The position numbers and the translations under genes were made by a program. Shown here piece after piece: positions 35,706 to 46,280 of a stretch of 64,000 nucleotides of DNA (positions are counted from its first letter, which is position 1; every line of letters starts with the position of its first letter). The notes below the pieces were generated by a model. It was given only the letters and a program-made list of their open reading frames with translations, searched no databases and was not told the origin of the DNA. The stretch is from IMG/VR virus record IMGVR_UViG_3300014501_000012, positions 1 through 64,000 of that record, one strand, 5' to 3'. This stretch comes from a virus.

Positions 35706-36178
35706 GCGACAGCTCGCCGATCACGATCGACCACGTCGACGTCAAGGTCCTCCCGGGCGACCTGGTCGCGTCGGCCGCCGCCGTCGGTCCGCTCTGGCGG
35801 GAGTTCGGGTACAAGATCCTCGCCGCGTCGAAGGCCGACAGCCCGGTCGGTCCCGGACGCAACCGGACGGGTGGTGGAGGATCTGGCCAGAGTCTCCGGG
35901 GCTCGCTCAACGTCCGCTTCGAGTTCGGCGACGACCCGCGCATCGGGATCTACTCGGCCAAGACCGTCGGGGATAAGAATTACTCGCTCCTCGACATCGT
36001 GGTCTCGGGGACGCCCCCGCACCCGATCGACCCGGTCACGGCCAAGGTCCTCCGGTTCAAGTCCAAGGGCACGGTGGTGTTCGCCGGGCACGTCAACCAT
36101 CCGGGGACCAAGGCCAACCCCTTCGTCCAGAAAGCCATGGTCGCAATCACGAACGAAGCCGGCGGCATCACCGCCTGA
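35702..36178 (+). CDS. HK97 gp10-like neck/tail completion protein
   Basis: GTPPHPI.P...KVLRF...V.HPGTKANPFV..A. Confidence 0.75.
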   Translation: MSDSSPITIDHVDVKVLPGDLVASAAAVGPLWREFGYKILAASKADSPVGPGRNRTGGGGSGQSLRGSLNVRFEFGDDPRIGIYSAKTVGDKNYSLLDIVVSGTPPHPIDPVTAKVLRFKSKGTVVFAGHVNHPGTKANPFVQKAMVAITNEAGGITA

Positions 36179-36191
36179 CGAGAGGAGAGCA

Positions 36192-36560
36192 ATGAGCCCA
36201 GTGAAGGTGTTCGAGGTCGCGGCGAAGAACGCCGAGGTCGAACAGGGGGAAGTCGAGGACTCGGGCGAGCAGTTCCGGATCGAGTGGAAGCACCCGACGG
36301 ACGCGACGGTCTCGGGGCATGAGGATTTCGTCTGCTACCCCAACCGCGTGACGTCGTTCGCCGTCCTCCAACTCGCGGGGACCGACCTCGGGGCGATCTT
36401 CAAGATCTTCCGCCAGGCGATGGAGCCCGTGGATTACGCGCGGTTCGAGGCCTGCTGCGAGGACAAGACCCACGAGGTCGAGATGGACAAGCTCATCGAG
36501 ATCGTGGCGTGGATCGCGGAGGTCACCACGGGCGTCCCTGGGAAGGGGTCCAGCTCCTAA
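36192..36560 (+). CDS. Tail assembly chaperone (G)
   Basis: Position; ends L.EIV.WI.E..TG.PGK. Confidence 0.7.
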   Translation: MSPVKVFEVAAKNAEVEQGEVEDSGEQFRIEWKHPTDATVSGHEDFVCYPNRVTSFAVLQLAGTDLGAIFKIFRQAMEPVDYARFEACCEDKTHEVEMDKLIEIVAWIAEVTTGVPGKGSSS

Positions 36561-36910
36561 CGAGTTGGGCCCAAACGAACTGGGCGTGGATCGATTCGCT
36601 GCTCTTGGAGAAGGGGCTCAACCCGTTCGAGGTCCCCTGGCCGAGGCTGGCGAACTTCATCTTCACCCAGTGGGTCGGGAGTATCTGGGACGACGAGGAG
36701 CGAGCGGACGTGATCAAGTCACTCAGTTGGCCGGAGGACGAGATGCAGGGAGCGCAGGGGCAGGACCGGTCGGTCCGGGCCGGCGCGCAGGCGCTCGGGC
36801 TGAACCCCGACCAGATGGTGGCCAACGCGTGGGAGCAGCGCCAGCTCGCGCTCCAGCGCAAGGCGGCGACTGAGGGCATGGCGGCGCGGGCCGAGGAGCC
36901 GACCGGGTGA
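36509..36910 (+). CDS. Tail assembly chaperone extension (T, -1 frame)
   Basis: Overlaps G in the -1 frame; W....W..ID...L.KG motif; precedes the tape measure. Confidence 0.6.
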   Translation: MDRGGHHGRPWEGVQLLTSWAQTNWAWIDSLLLEKGLNPFEVPWPRLANFIFTQWVGSIWDDEERADVIKSLSWPEDEMQGAQGQDRSVRAGAQALGLNPDQMVANAWEQRQLALQRKAATEGMAARAEEPTG

Positions 36911-39900
36911 CGATCGTCGGCGAGGGGATCATCTGGCTCAGGCCGTCGACGGCGGGCTTCGCCGAGGAGGCCGAGGGCAAGCTCAAGTCCTCGCTCGCGT
37001 TCTTGGGCGGCGGGAGTTCGGTCGTGGGCGGGATCGTGGCCGGGACCCTCGCGGCCGGCGCGGCCGTCACCATCGTCACGGCGAAGATGGCGATGGACTT
37101 CCAGAGCGCCGAGGCCAAGCTCTCGGGAACCGCGGACATCTCAGCGAAGGCCGCGGCCAAGATCGGGACGGCCTTCCTCAACACGATGGGGTCCTCGGCG
37201 TTCTCCGGCGAGACCCTTCTCAAGGCGTACACCCCGGTCTCGGCCCAACTCGCCCGGGTCGAAGGCCGGACCCTCTCGGCCACGCAGGCGACCCGGTTCA
37301 TGGCGGTCGCGTCGGATCTGGCGAAGGCCTCGGGTAAGGATCTCAACACCTCGACCTCGACCCTCGCCCAGACCTTGTTCACGTTCGGCATACGGACGAA
37401 GGACGCCGCGGGCGCGGCGAACCTCCTCTTCAACGCCGCCCGGATCACGAACACCCCGATCGACTCCCTCTCGAACATCATCGACAAGCTCCACGCGAAA
37501 CTCGGGACCCTCGCGCCGACCTTGAAGGACACGGCCTCGATCATCGCCCTCCCCTCGGTCGCCGCGCTCGGGAGCCGCGGGGCGATGCAGGTCAGTTCCG
37601 CCCTCGAGCACCTCCTGACCCAGGCGTCGGCGACCTCGTCGGGGATCACGAAGGCCGTGACCGCGGCCCAGGCGAAACTCACGACGGCGAGCGCCGACGT
37701 CGCCAAGGCCCAGCTCAAACAGCAGCAGGCCCAGGAGGAGGTCACCGCGTCGGGGACGAACACCCTCGCCCAGCAGATCAAAATGTCAAACGCCCAGGAC
37801 GCGGTCACCGCGGCGGTCGGGAAGCAGACCCTCGCGCAGCAGGCCCTCACCGCGGCGCAAGGGGACAACGTCGCGGGATCGACCCAGGCCAAGGCGCTCC
37901 TCGACCAACTCGGCCTGTCGTCCCTCTACGTCCACGGGAAGTTCGTCGGGCTCCGCGAGGTCATCGCGACCTTGGGCCCACGGCTCGCGGCGATGACCGA
38001 GCAGAATCGGAACCTCGCCCTGCAAACCCTCTTTGGGACCGGCGCCGCTCAGGTCATGGGGCACGTGCTCGCGGGTGGCGTGACCGCTTTCGACAAGTCC
38101 ACGGCGGCGGTGTCCCGACACAACGCGCTCGCCCACGCGGCGGCGGCGATCGCCAAGACCCTCTTCGGACAGCTCGACGTGCTCCGGGCGTCCGTCGAGG
38201 ACGTCGCGGTCAAGCTCGGACAGATGCTCCTCCCGTACATCCAGAAGTTCGTCCACCTTCTGACCGAGGGCTTCGGGTGGGCGTTGAAACACAAGGAGGT
38301 GATGATCGCTCTGGCCGGGGTTCTTGCCGGCATCGTTGTCGGCTCACTCATGGCCGTCGCAGCGGCGTTGCTCGCGGTCGACGTCGCCGGGCTTCCGATC
38401 TGGTTGATCGCCGCCGCGATCGCCGCGCTGGCCGTGGGCGTGTTCGAGGCCTACAAGCACATCCCGGCTTTCCGGGACGAGGTCCACAAGCTCGGCGACG
38501 ACATCAAACGGATCAACTGGAAGGACGTCGAACGGGACGTGAAGTCCTTCGCCAAGGTCGTGGGCAAGGATCTGACCGAGGCCTTCCGCGACGCCTCGGC
38601 GTGGCTGAAAGAGGGGATGAAGATCTTCGACGCGCTCCCGGGTCCGCTCAAGGACATCGTCTCGCCGATCCTCGGGATCGTCGTCGCCGTGAAATTCGTT
38701 GCCCAGCACTGGAAGGCGGCCTTCACCGATATTGACCACGCGACACGGGACTTCGTCGGCGGTCTCGAGGCCGCGTGGCGGGACTTCCTCGACCCGATCG
38801 TCCAATGGGTCGTGGATTTTTGGCACTCGCTCGTGAACTTCTGGCACACCTACGGCGGGGAGATCACCCGGATCACCCGCGGGCTGTTCGGCCTGATCGA
38901 ATCCGTCGTCCGGACCTTCATCCACGTGACGACCGACATCTCGAAGGCCCTGTTCGACCTGCTCATCCCGATCTTCCGCGCCGGGTGGGCACTCGTCAAG
39001 GGCGTCTTCCAGGCGGCCTGGGACTTGATCGTGGGCGTGGTCAAGGTCGCGTGGCGGACGGTCGAGGGCGTCATGGAGGTGGCGAAGGACGTCGTGCTCG
39101 GGATCTTCGAGATCTTCGTCTCGCTCCTGACCGGGCACTGGTCGAAGGCCTGGAAGGCGCTCGTCCATATGGTGGTCTCGGTCAAGAGCGACATCGTCAA
39201 CGCAGCCAAGGGCGTCCTCGAGGCCGTGCTCAACGCCGTCGGCCGGGCCGCCCTCGATCTCTACAAGGGGGCGTTCGCTGCGGGGAAGGATCTGGTGATG
39301 GGATTGTGGAAGGGGATCAAGGAGGCCGCGCATCTGGCGACCGACGCCGTGAAGTCCGTCGGCCACGGGATCCTCTCGGCGGCCAAGTCCGTGCTCGGGA
39401 TCTTCTCGCCCTCGATCCACTTTCAGGAGTACGGGAAGGGAACCATGCAGGGCCTGGCCAAGGGGATCCGGGACAACGCGAACCTCCCCCAGGCCGAGCT
39501 CAACAAGCTCAACCTCCACATCGCACCGAAGGACAAGCAGAAGGCGGTCGACTGGTTCAAGGACGTCGCCAAACTCGCCAAGCAGAACCACGAAAGCGCC
39601 GGATCAGCGGCCGGTCAGCTCGCCCACCTCTTCGGCGCCGGCCCGTCGGGGTCTGACGCGGCGAAGAAGGCTGCGACCCAGCTCAAGCAACTCACCGAGG
39701 CGATCACACTCCGCAAGTACCTCCAAGCGATGGCCCACCAGAACCACCAGGATGTGACGGCCGGGAACAAGACAAGCCGCGACGGGTCGAGCCAGGTCGG
39801 CAAGCACGTCGACATGGCATCACTCCACGCGATGACCAACCACCGTCAACTCCTCGACGAGCAGAAAACTCAGACGGCGATCCTCCGCCAGTTGAAGATC

Positions 39901-40005
39901 GACGGGGAGAAGCCGAAGAAGATCACGATCAAGGGGATGCCCGGAACGACCACGGGGGCCGGTAGCAACGCGGTCGGGGCGATCGCTTCGGGGACGATCC
40001 GATGA
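36907..40005 (+). CDS. Tape measure protein
   Basis: 1032 aa Ala-rich helical protein with Trp/Phe 11-mer repeats; LGIFSPS motif. Confidence 0.92.
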   Translation: MTIVGEGIIWLRPSTAGFAEEAEGKLKSSLAFLGGGSSVVGGIVAGTLAAGAAVTIVTAKMAMDFQSAEAKLSGTADISAKAAAKIGTAFLNTMGSSAFSGETLLKAYTPVSAQLARVEGRTLSATQATRFMAVASDLAKASGKDLNTSTSTLAQTLFTFGIRTKDAAGAANLLFNAARITNTPIDSLSNIIDKLHAKLGTLAPTLKDTASIIALPSVAALGSRGAMQVSSALEHLLTQASATSSGITKAVTAAQAKLTTASADVAKAQLKQQQAQEEVTASGTNTLAQQIKMSNAQDAVTAAVGKQTLAQQALTAAQGDNVAGSTQAKALLDQLGLSSLYVHGKFVGLREVIATLGPRLAAMTEQNRNLALQTLFGTGAAQVMGHVLAGGVTAFDKSTAAVSRHNALAHAAAAIAKTLFGQLDVLRASVEDVAVKLGQMLLPYIQKFVHLLTEGFGWALKHKEVMIALAGVLAGIVVGSLMAVAAALLAVDVAGLPIWLIAAAIAALAVGVFEAYKHIPAFRDEVHKLGDDIKRINWKDVERDVKSFAKVVGKDLTEAFRDASAWLKEGMKIFDALPGPLKDIVSPILGIVVAVKFVAQHWKAAFTDIDHATRDFVGGLEAAWRDFLDPIVQWVVDFWHSLVNFWHTYGGEITRITRGLFGLIESVVRTFIHVTTDISKALFDLLIPIFRAGWALVKGVFQAAWDLIVGVVKVAWRTVEGVMEVAKDVVLGIFEIFVSLLTGHWSKAWKALVHMVVSVKSDIVNAAKGVLEAVLNAVGRAALDLYKGAFAAGKDLVMGLWKGIKEAAHLATDAVKSVGHGILSAAKSVLGIFSPSIHFQEYGKGTMQGLAKGIRDNANLPQAELNKLNLHIAPKDKQKAVDWFKDVAKLAKQNHESAGSAAGQLAHLFGAGPSGSDAAKKAATQLKQLTEAITLRKYLQAMAHQNHQDVTAGNKTSRDGSSQVGKHVDMASLHAMTNHRQLLDEQKTQTAILRQLKIDGEKPKKITIKGMPGTTTGAGSNAVGAIASGTIR

Positions 40006-41123
40006 ACAGCGCCGGCTACCCGACCTATCTGGTCAACGGCGCGGTCTCGGTCAACAGCGGGGTCGCCGACGAGAACGGGTCGTTCTGGTACCTCGACGGG
40101 GAGATCGCCGGGTGGGACTCGCCGGACATGCGCCAGACGATGCTCACGCGGATCGGCAACACGCCCTCGGCCGACGGGGAGATCGCGGCGGACAACCACT
40201 ACCGCGGCCGATCGCTGGTCTTCACCCTCATCGCCGAGTGCGCGTCCGAGGCCGCCCGGGAAGCGTCTCGCCTCCTCCTGGCCGGCGCGCTGGACCTGAT
40301 CAGCACCACCGGGACGTTCCTGGCCGAGGAGGTGATCCCCAAACAGGTCTCGATCATCCGCTCGGGGAACTCGAACCAGGGCAAGCTTGTGATGACCGAC
40401 TGTGGCTTCGCCATGAAGAACGCCACCGAGGCCCTGTCGCGCACCGTCACCGATGCCGTGACCACGGGCAGTTCGGAGAACCTGGTCAGCGCGTCGGCGA
40501 ACTTCGGGACGGGTGACATCGGGCAACCGGTGACGGGGACGAACATCCCGCCCGGCACCGTGGTCGTCTCGATCACGTCCACGATCGAGGTCGTGATGTC
40601 GAACGAGGCCACCGCGTCAGGGAGCGACCAGACGGTGACGATCGGCGGGTACCCGGGCTTCCCCGTCGGGACCGTCGTGTGGCTGCTCAAGGCCGAGATC
40701 GAGATCTACGCGCAGGACCCCCGGAAATACTCGCCCGTCCCCAACGAGGCACCGTTCGAGTCGAACGTGGCGATGGTGACGAACGAGGGGAACACCGCCA
40801 CCCAGAACGCGGTGATCACGATCGAGGTGACCGGAGGCGGGGACGGTCCGTTCCACATCGAGATCGTCAGCGTCGCCGACATGGAGTTGCTCGTCCCCCC
40901 GCTCCCGGCCGGCGCGCCCGCCCTCGATCCGATCCCGACCGAACTCGTGGTCGACCTCTACAACAAGACCATCACCGACGGGGAGGAACGCAGCTACTAC
41001 TACCTGCGGAACCTCCAGACCCCGTGGCTCACGATTCCCCCGGGGGTCTGGGCGGTCTCGATCAGCGGGGCGGGCGGCAGCAACATCCCCGGGAGCGTCG
41101 TCAGTTACTCGGCGTGGATCTGA
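40002..41123 (+). CDS. Distal tail (Dit-like) protein
   Basis: Follows the TMP; GWDSP, A.DPRKY, VTNEGN and W..IPPG...YSAWI. Confidence 0.8.
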   Translation: MNSAGYPTYLVNGAVSVNSGVADENGSFWYLDGEIAGWDSPDMRQTMLTRIGNTPSADGEIAADNHYRGRSLVFTLIAECASEAAREASRLLLAGALDLISTTGTFLAEEVIPKQVSIIRSGNSNQGKLVMTDCGFAMKNATEALSRTVTDAVTTGSSENLVSASANFGTGDIGQPVTGTNIPPGTVVVSITSTIEVVMSNEATASGSDQTVTIGGYPGFPVGTVVWLLKAEIEIYAQDPRKYSPVPNEAPFESNVAMVTNEGNTATQNAVITIEVTGGGDGPFHIEIVSVADMELLVPPLPAGAPALDPIPTELVVDLYNKTITDGEERSYYYLRNLQTPWLTIPPGVWAVSISGAGGSNIPGSVVSYSAWI

Positions 41124-41126
41124 TCC

Positions 41127-42575
41127 GTGGCCCGCGTCCGCGTCAACAACCAGTTCGGGTTTCTCGGGGCTGACCCCGGTATCAGCGGAACCACGCTGAC
41201 CTTCGGCGCGGCCCCCGTTCCCCCGTTGCCCACCCTCACTGGCGAGGACTACATACCGTTCACCCTTGACGCTCTGTCTGACCGGTTCGAGATCGTTCAC
41301 CTGGTCGCGCCCTACACGTCGGGAGATCTGACCGGGCCGATGGTGCGGGAGGCCGAGGATGCCGTCAACTTCCCCGCGGTCGCCCACAACCTGCCGGCGA
41401 CGTGGAAGGCGTGCCCCACGGCCCTCGACTACAGCGCCACGATCTTCAACGTCCTCTACTACGGGGCCGATCCGACTGGGGTGAACGACAGCACTGCGGC
41501 GTTCCAGGCGGCGATCAACGACGCCACGGCCAACGCTGGGTCAGACGCGCTCGGTCCGGTCTACGTGCCAGCCGGCAAGTACAAGATCAGCGGCACGCTC
41601 ACGGTGGAGAACGTGATCGGGTTCCGCATCTACGGGGACGGTAAGTGGCTGACGTTCATTCAACCCACCACGGCGCTCGCGGGTCTGGCCGTGTTCAGGC
41701 TCCAGGACTGTGACTCCCCGGCGTTCGAGGAGATGAACGTCGCCGGGAACTCGAGCGGCGCACCGCTTTACCTGCTCCAGTTCAACGTTGGCAACCCGAT
41801 CCTGCTGGTCAACACCCGGGCCTTCGTCAAGAGCGTGTTCTTCGGATCCTCGAGCGCCGGGAGTGCGACGAACGGGATCGCGTGGACGACATCGGGACCG
41901 GACGACAACAACGATCAGTCGGTGGTTCTCGACTGCGACTTCTACAACATGACGAACGCCTACTACATCGGGCACTCGAACTCCGAGCAACACACGTTCA
42001 TCGGCGGCACCACGAATGTGACGGGGGCGACCGTCCTCTGCGCCGGGGGTGGGTACAAGATGATCAGCACGGTCATCATTAACACCTCGGGGACGATGTT
42101 CGAGTTCGGGGCCGGGACCTACCGGCGCGGGACGGAGATCATCGGGGTCAGCTCAGAACAGTCCGGCGCCTGGGTGAACGCCGTCACGGGGGCGATCGGA
42201 CTCAACCTGCGGATGGTCGGGTGCGTGTGTGACGGAGCACCGGCCAGCTCGACGCCAATCAACTTCGAGGCGGACATCACGTCCCACTTCCGGGCGACCA
42301 ACTGCGATTTCGTCAGCGGGCAGACGGGAACGATCCTCAACTTTCCCACAGCGGCTCTGTCGTCGTTCACTGACTGCACCCTGGACTGCTACTCGATCAC
42401 CTTCGACTCGGCGCTGAACCTAATCGGCAACCTGTTCCTCGCCGGAAACGTGACGATGACCAACGGCGGTTCGGGGGTCTATCTGGGATTCGCCAACACC
42501 GGGGGCAACGTGCCGGACAGCGACCTGAGCGCAGATGATCTCATCGCTCCCTTCCTCAACCAAAACTACTTCTAA
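41127..42575 (+). CDS. Tailspike with pectate-lyase-like beta-helix
   Basis: FNVLYYGADPTGVNDSTAAFQAAIN...VYVPAGKYKI. Confidence 0.8.
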   Translation: MARVRVNNQFGFLGADPGISGTTLTFGAAPVPPLPTLTGEDYIPFTLDALSDRFEIVHLVAPYTSGDLTGPMVREAEDAVNFPAVAHNLPATWKACPTALDYSATIFNVLYYGADPTGVNDSTAAFQAAINDATANAGSDALGPVYVPAGKYKISGTLTVENVIGFRIYGDGKWLTFIQPTTALAGLAVFRLQDCDSPAFEEMNVAGNSSGAPLYLLQFNVGNPILLVNTRAFVKSVFFGSSSAGSATNGIAWTTSGPDDNNDQSVVLDCDFYNMTNAYYIGHSNSEQHTFIGGTTNVTGATVLCAGGGYKMISTVIINTSGTMFEFGAGTYRRGTEIIGVSSEQSGAWVNAVTGAIGLNLRMVGCVCDGAPASSTPINFEADITSHFRATNCDFVSGQTGTILNFPTAALSSFTDCTLDCYSITFDSALNLIGNLFLAGNVTMTNGGSGVYLGFANTGGNVPDSDLSADDLIAPFLNQNYF

Positions 42576-42584
42576 GGAGCCACA

Positions 42585-43001
42585 ATGGGAACGTCCATCA
42601 ACCCATCCCCGGCGTTCGCGTCGGCCCAGGTCCGTTCGGCTGCCGTGACCCTGAGTCTCACCGCTGACACGCTGGGAAGCACCCCAACGCACGGCCAGGT
42701 GCTGTTAGCCGCGGGTAATAGCGGGACGAAGATCAGGCAACTGGTGTTCATGGCTACGGGTGAGACCGTGGCTGGACTAGTCGGTGTCTATCTCGACCGA
42801 GGTGGGATTTTTACGCTTGAGGACACCGTGCTCGTGCCGGGCGGCATCACCCCTTCAACGACGGTCGCTCCGTGGCGCCTCGCCCGCCCGTACCCGGCCC
42901 TGCTCATGCCCCCCTATGCCCTCATCACCTCCTCCCTCATCGTCACGTCCTTCGTCGCCAACCAGCCCATGCAGGTGCACGCGTTCGGAGGAGACTTCTA
43001 A
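42585..43001 (+). CDS. Minor tail protein
   Basis: AAGGAG SD; beta-rich; ends GGDF. Confidence 0.55.
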   Translation: MGTSINPSPAFASAQVRSAAVTLSLTADTLGSTPTHGQVLLAAGNSGTKIRQLVFMATGETVAGLVGVYLDRGGIFTLEDTVLVPGGITPSTTVAPWRLARPYPALLMPPYALITSSLIVTSFVANQPMQVHAFGGDF

Positions 43002-43525
43002 TGAGCGACGGGATGGCTGGGAACGTGGGTGACGGGTTCTCCATCGAGCCACCGTTCCCCAACACCGAGCCCGTGTACCAGGGCGTTCTAACGCTCGACC
43101 CAACGTCCGAGACCTTCCTCCGCTGGTCGCCGTTCCTCGCGCTGCCCCCACAGTTCCAAACGTTGACAGCCAACGGGGCGGTCACGATCGACGCGGCGAT
43201 GGGGGACGTCATCGTCAACCTCGAGGCGAACGCCACGAGCACTACCATCGTCAACTCGCTCTACAACGAGGACCAGTATCCAGGGTACTCACCGCGGCCG
43301 GGTCAACTCCTGAGGGTCACCTTCGTGCAAGATGCCACGGGTGGCCGCACCTACGCGTGGCCCTCCAACTGCGCCTTCGGCGCGGGCGTGACCACGACGT
43401 CGCCGATCGTGACCGTCGCGGCGGGAGCACCCACCGACACGGTGGCCCTCTCTCAGACCTCGGTCCTGTTTCGTTGGGACGGGACCACGTGGCAGGAGAT
43501 GTCCAGAGCGGTGAGCGTCGGGTAG
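43001..43525 (+). CDS. Minor tail/fibre protein
   Basis: QDATGGRT..WP...FRWDGTTW motif. Confidence 0.6.
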   Translation: MSDGMAGNVGDGFSIEPPFPNTEPVYQGVLTLDPTSETFLRWSPFLALPPQFQTLTANGAVTIDAAMGDVIVNLEANATSTTIVNSLYNEDQYPGYSPRPGQLLRVTFVQDATGGRTYAWPSNCAFGAGVTTTSPIVTVAAGAPTDTVALSQTSVLFRWDGTTWQEMSRAVSVG

Positions 43526-45699
43526 TGCCCTTCGGTACCGATCCCCACGGGGACGCTCCCTATGGCGACTCGTCCTCGGAGGGGGCGGTCTTCCCGAGCA
43601 TCGTCACCGACGACGCGCTGACGACCGACTCGTGCGGGGGTGGAGTGGTGCTGGCGCGCCCGACCACCGACACGGCCCTGACTACCGACACTCTGTTCGA
43701 TCACGCCGTCTCGGTGAGCGACACGGCCCTGACCACGGACGCGGTCGGGGTGGGGAAACACTTCGCACGGCTCTCCCCGGACGTCTCGTACACGACCGAC
43801 GGGCTCCTCGGTCCGATCGTCTTCGTCTCGGTCCGCTGCCTGACCCGCGTCGTGGTCTCGGTCGCTTGCTACCGTCCACTCCCGCCGCCCCAGCCCGTCC
43901 CCGGGCCGAGCGGTCTGCACGACTATGAGGTGATCACCTGCGACCAGTTCGGGGTCGCCTACGGAGAGATCGTCACGGCCGTCCCGACTCAGATCGACTG
44001 GGACCTTGACGACCTCGGATCGGTCCTGATCGACATCGACATCCTCGACCCGAGCCTCTTGAACCTCCTCCCGCAGTCGGCGATCCCGGCCGTGCGTGAG
44101 ATCCAGATCTGGCGCGACCAGTCGTTGATCTTCTGGGGCCTCCCGATCTCGGCCACCTACGACGCGTCACAGGTCCACCTCACGTGCTCGGGCCATCTCT
44201 GGTTCCTCTCCACGAGGAACTTCGGCCCGGTGATCACCGAGTACCTGACCAACCCCCAGTTCGAGCAGGGCTTCCTCGATTGGGTCCCGGTCGGGGTCAC
44301 GAGTTCGATCGAGGACGCCCGGGCCGGCGGGATCGTGGCCCTCGGTCGGTACGCTGCGCGGCTCACCCAGTCCAGCGCCAACGAGGACACGTACATCCAC
44401 CAGATCCTCACCGGGATCTCCGCGCCGCCAGAGGAGTCGACCTTCTTCGACCTCGCCGCCTGGCTCTACATTGACCCCGCCTACGCGTCCCCCGGACCGG
44501 CGCTCGACCAGCGCGGGCTCTTCATCCAGTCGGTCATCGGATCGACCGTCCAGGACTTCGAGTTCGAGACGATCACGGCCTCGACCGTCATCGGTCAGTG
44601 GGTGCGTTTGGAGACGGGGATCCTCGTCGAGGCCGGGACGACGGTGGACCTCGACATCCGGCTCTACGCGCCGGGGGGTTCGGTCATCTGGGACGCCGTA
44701 CAACTCACGGTCGAGGAGTCGGTCGGGTCGACGCTCGCGGGCTCCGATGTCTATTTCATCATCCTCGAGATCCTCCAGTACGCCCAGGACCCGACACGCG
44801 GGAAGTCCAACGTGAACCTCCCCGTGATCGGAGCGAACACAGGGGTCGTCCTCCAGCGCAACTACCAGTTCTCGGACAACGGCGGGATCCTCGACGCGCT
44901 CAACGAGTTCCCCACGATCGGCGCGTGCGACTTCGAGGTGACCTACGACGAGACCGGTCACTTCCGCGGGTTCCAGGTGTTCTCCCCGGCGAAGGGCTCG
45001 GTCAAGTACAACGCGGCGATCGAGATGGACCTGGGCCAGGTCACCGACCTCCAGGGCGCGGTCGACGGCTCGCAGGTGGGGACGGCCGTCCGATACCTCG
45101 GCCAGGGCTCGACCGGTTCGTCGGCCGAGATCGGGTTCGCCAACTTCCCCTGCTATCTGGGTGGGCGTGTCTCGGGCGTCGCCGTCCTCGTCCAGGGATC
45201 GACCACGGCCCAGGCGGGCGACATCGACTTCACCGCCCTCGACGTAGGACAGGGGATCTACTGCCAGACCCCGGGGGTGATCCCCGTCGGGACGGTCATC
45301 GTCGAGGTCCTGAGCGCGACCGAGGCCGTGATGTCGAACCCATCGGCGATCACGGCCAACCCCTCGGTGATCGGTATCGGCGGGATCATCATCGACTCCG
45401 TGCAATCGGCGATGCCCGACCAGATGATCGACACCCTCCAGGCCTCGGCCGAGCAGATGTTGGCCCTGACCCAACGCCCGCAGAACCTCCCGACGCCGAA
45501 GATGCGCGCCGACGGGCCGGCGGGACTCTTCGGGAAAGTCGAGACCGGTGACGTCCTCCCGGTGATGTTCAACTACGGCTGGTGTACCTTCGGCCCGGTC
45601 TACATGCGCCTCGTGACCCTGACCCTCTACCCACCGACCGAAGAGTTGGAGTTCACCTTGAACCTTCCGGGGACGCTCTCGACCGTGGGGGGTGGCTGA
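43525..45699 (+). CDS. Baseplate hub/Tal-like minor tail protein with inserted carbohydrate-binding module
   Basis: REIQIWRD...FWG; LTNPQFE CBM; GDV..V motif; N-terminal D.ALTTD repeats. Confidence 0.7.
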   Translation: MPFGTDPHGDAPYGDSSSEGAVFPSIVTDDALTTDSCGGGVVLARPTTDTALTTDTLFDHAVSVSDTALTTDAVGVGKHFARLSPDVSYTTDGLLGPIVFVSVRCLTRVVVSVACYRPLPPPQPVPGPSGLHDYEVITCDQFGVAYGEIVTAVPTQIDWDLDDLGSVLIDIDILDPSLLNLLPQSAIPAVREIQIWRDQSLIFWGLPISATYDASQVHLTCSGHLWFLSTRNFGPVITEYLTNPQFEQGFLDWVPVGVTSSIEDARAGGIVALGRYAARLTQSSANEDTYIHQILTGISAPPEESTFFDLAAWLYIDPAYASPGPALDQRGLFIQSVIGSTVQDFEFETITASTVIGQWVRLETGILVEAGTTVDLDIRLYAPGGSVIWDAVQLTVEESVGSTLAGSDVYFIILEILQYAQDPTRGKSNVNLPVIGANTGVVLQRNYQFSDNGGILDALNEFPTIGACDFEVTYDETGHFRGFQVFSPAKGSVKYNAAIEMDLGQVTDLQGAVDGSQVGTAVRYLGQGSTGSSAEIGFANFPCYLGGRVSGVAVLVQGSTTAQAGDIDFTALDVGQGIYCQTPGVIPVGTVIVEVLSATEAVMSNPSAITANPSVIGIGGIIIDSVQSAMPDQMIDTLQASAEQMLALTQRPQNLPTPKMRADGPAGLFGKVETGDVLPVMFNYGWCTFGPVYMRLVTLTLYPPTEELEFTLNLPGTLSTVGGG

Positions 45700-46277
45700 T
45701 GGCGAACGACACCGGCCCGCTCGGTGGGTCAGGACCCGTCACCCGGCCGAACCTCGGCCTCGCCGCCATCCGGGCGCGGTTCGAGAACATCGAGCGCCGG
45801 CTGTCCCTCCGAGAGAGGAACCGAACACCCGAACCCCTCCCGCTGCACCTGGCCGCGTCGAACGCTGGCCCGGTGAGCCAGGCCCAGCACGGCCACGGCG
45901 TGGTCTACTCCGAGCCCCAGGGGATGTTCGTCCCGAGCCCGGTGCTGGCCGAACTCCCGTTCCACATGCCCGGGCCTCTTAGTCTCGCCACCTCCCCGCC
46001 GCTGCACGCCCGCTACGCCTGCTCGATCACGGGCATCGCCGCGGACCTCGGGGTGTTCTCGACCGACGTCGAGTTCGAGGTGCTGGTGAACGGGACGATG
46101 GTCTACACGATCAACCAGACGTCCCAGAGCACGGGACTGATCCCGGTCGCGCCCACCGCGCTCGTCGCCTACACCGACCTCATCACCGTCCAGACGACGT
46201 CGATCGGCACGGGGAACTCGGATCTTGTGGTCCACGTCGAGCTCGGGGTCGTGGTCGGGACGACGCCCGGCCCGTGA
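45699..46277 (+). CDS. Minor tail protein
   Basis: IERRL..RER coiled coil plus beta C-terminal domain. Confidence 0.55.
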   Translation: MANDTGPLGGSGPVTRPNLGLAAIRARFENIERRLSLRERNRTPEPLPLHLAASNAGPVSQAQHGHGVVYSEPQGMFVPSPVLAELPFHMPGPLSLATSPPLHARYACSITGIAADLGVFSTDVEFEVLVNGTMVYTINQTSQSTGLIPVAPTALVAYTDLITVQTTSIGTGNSDLVVHVELGVVVGTTPGP

Positions 46278-46280
46278 CAC

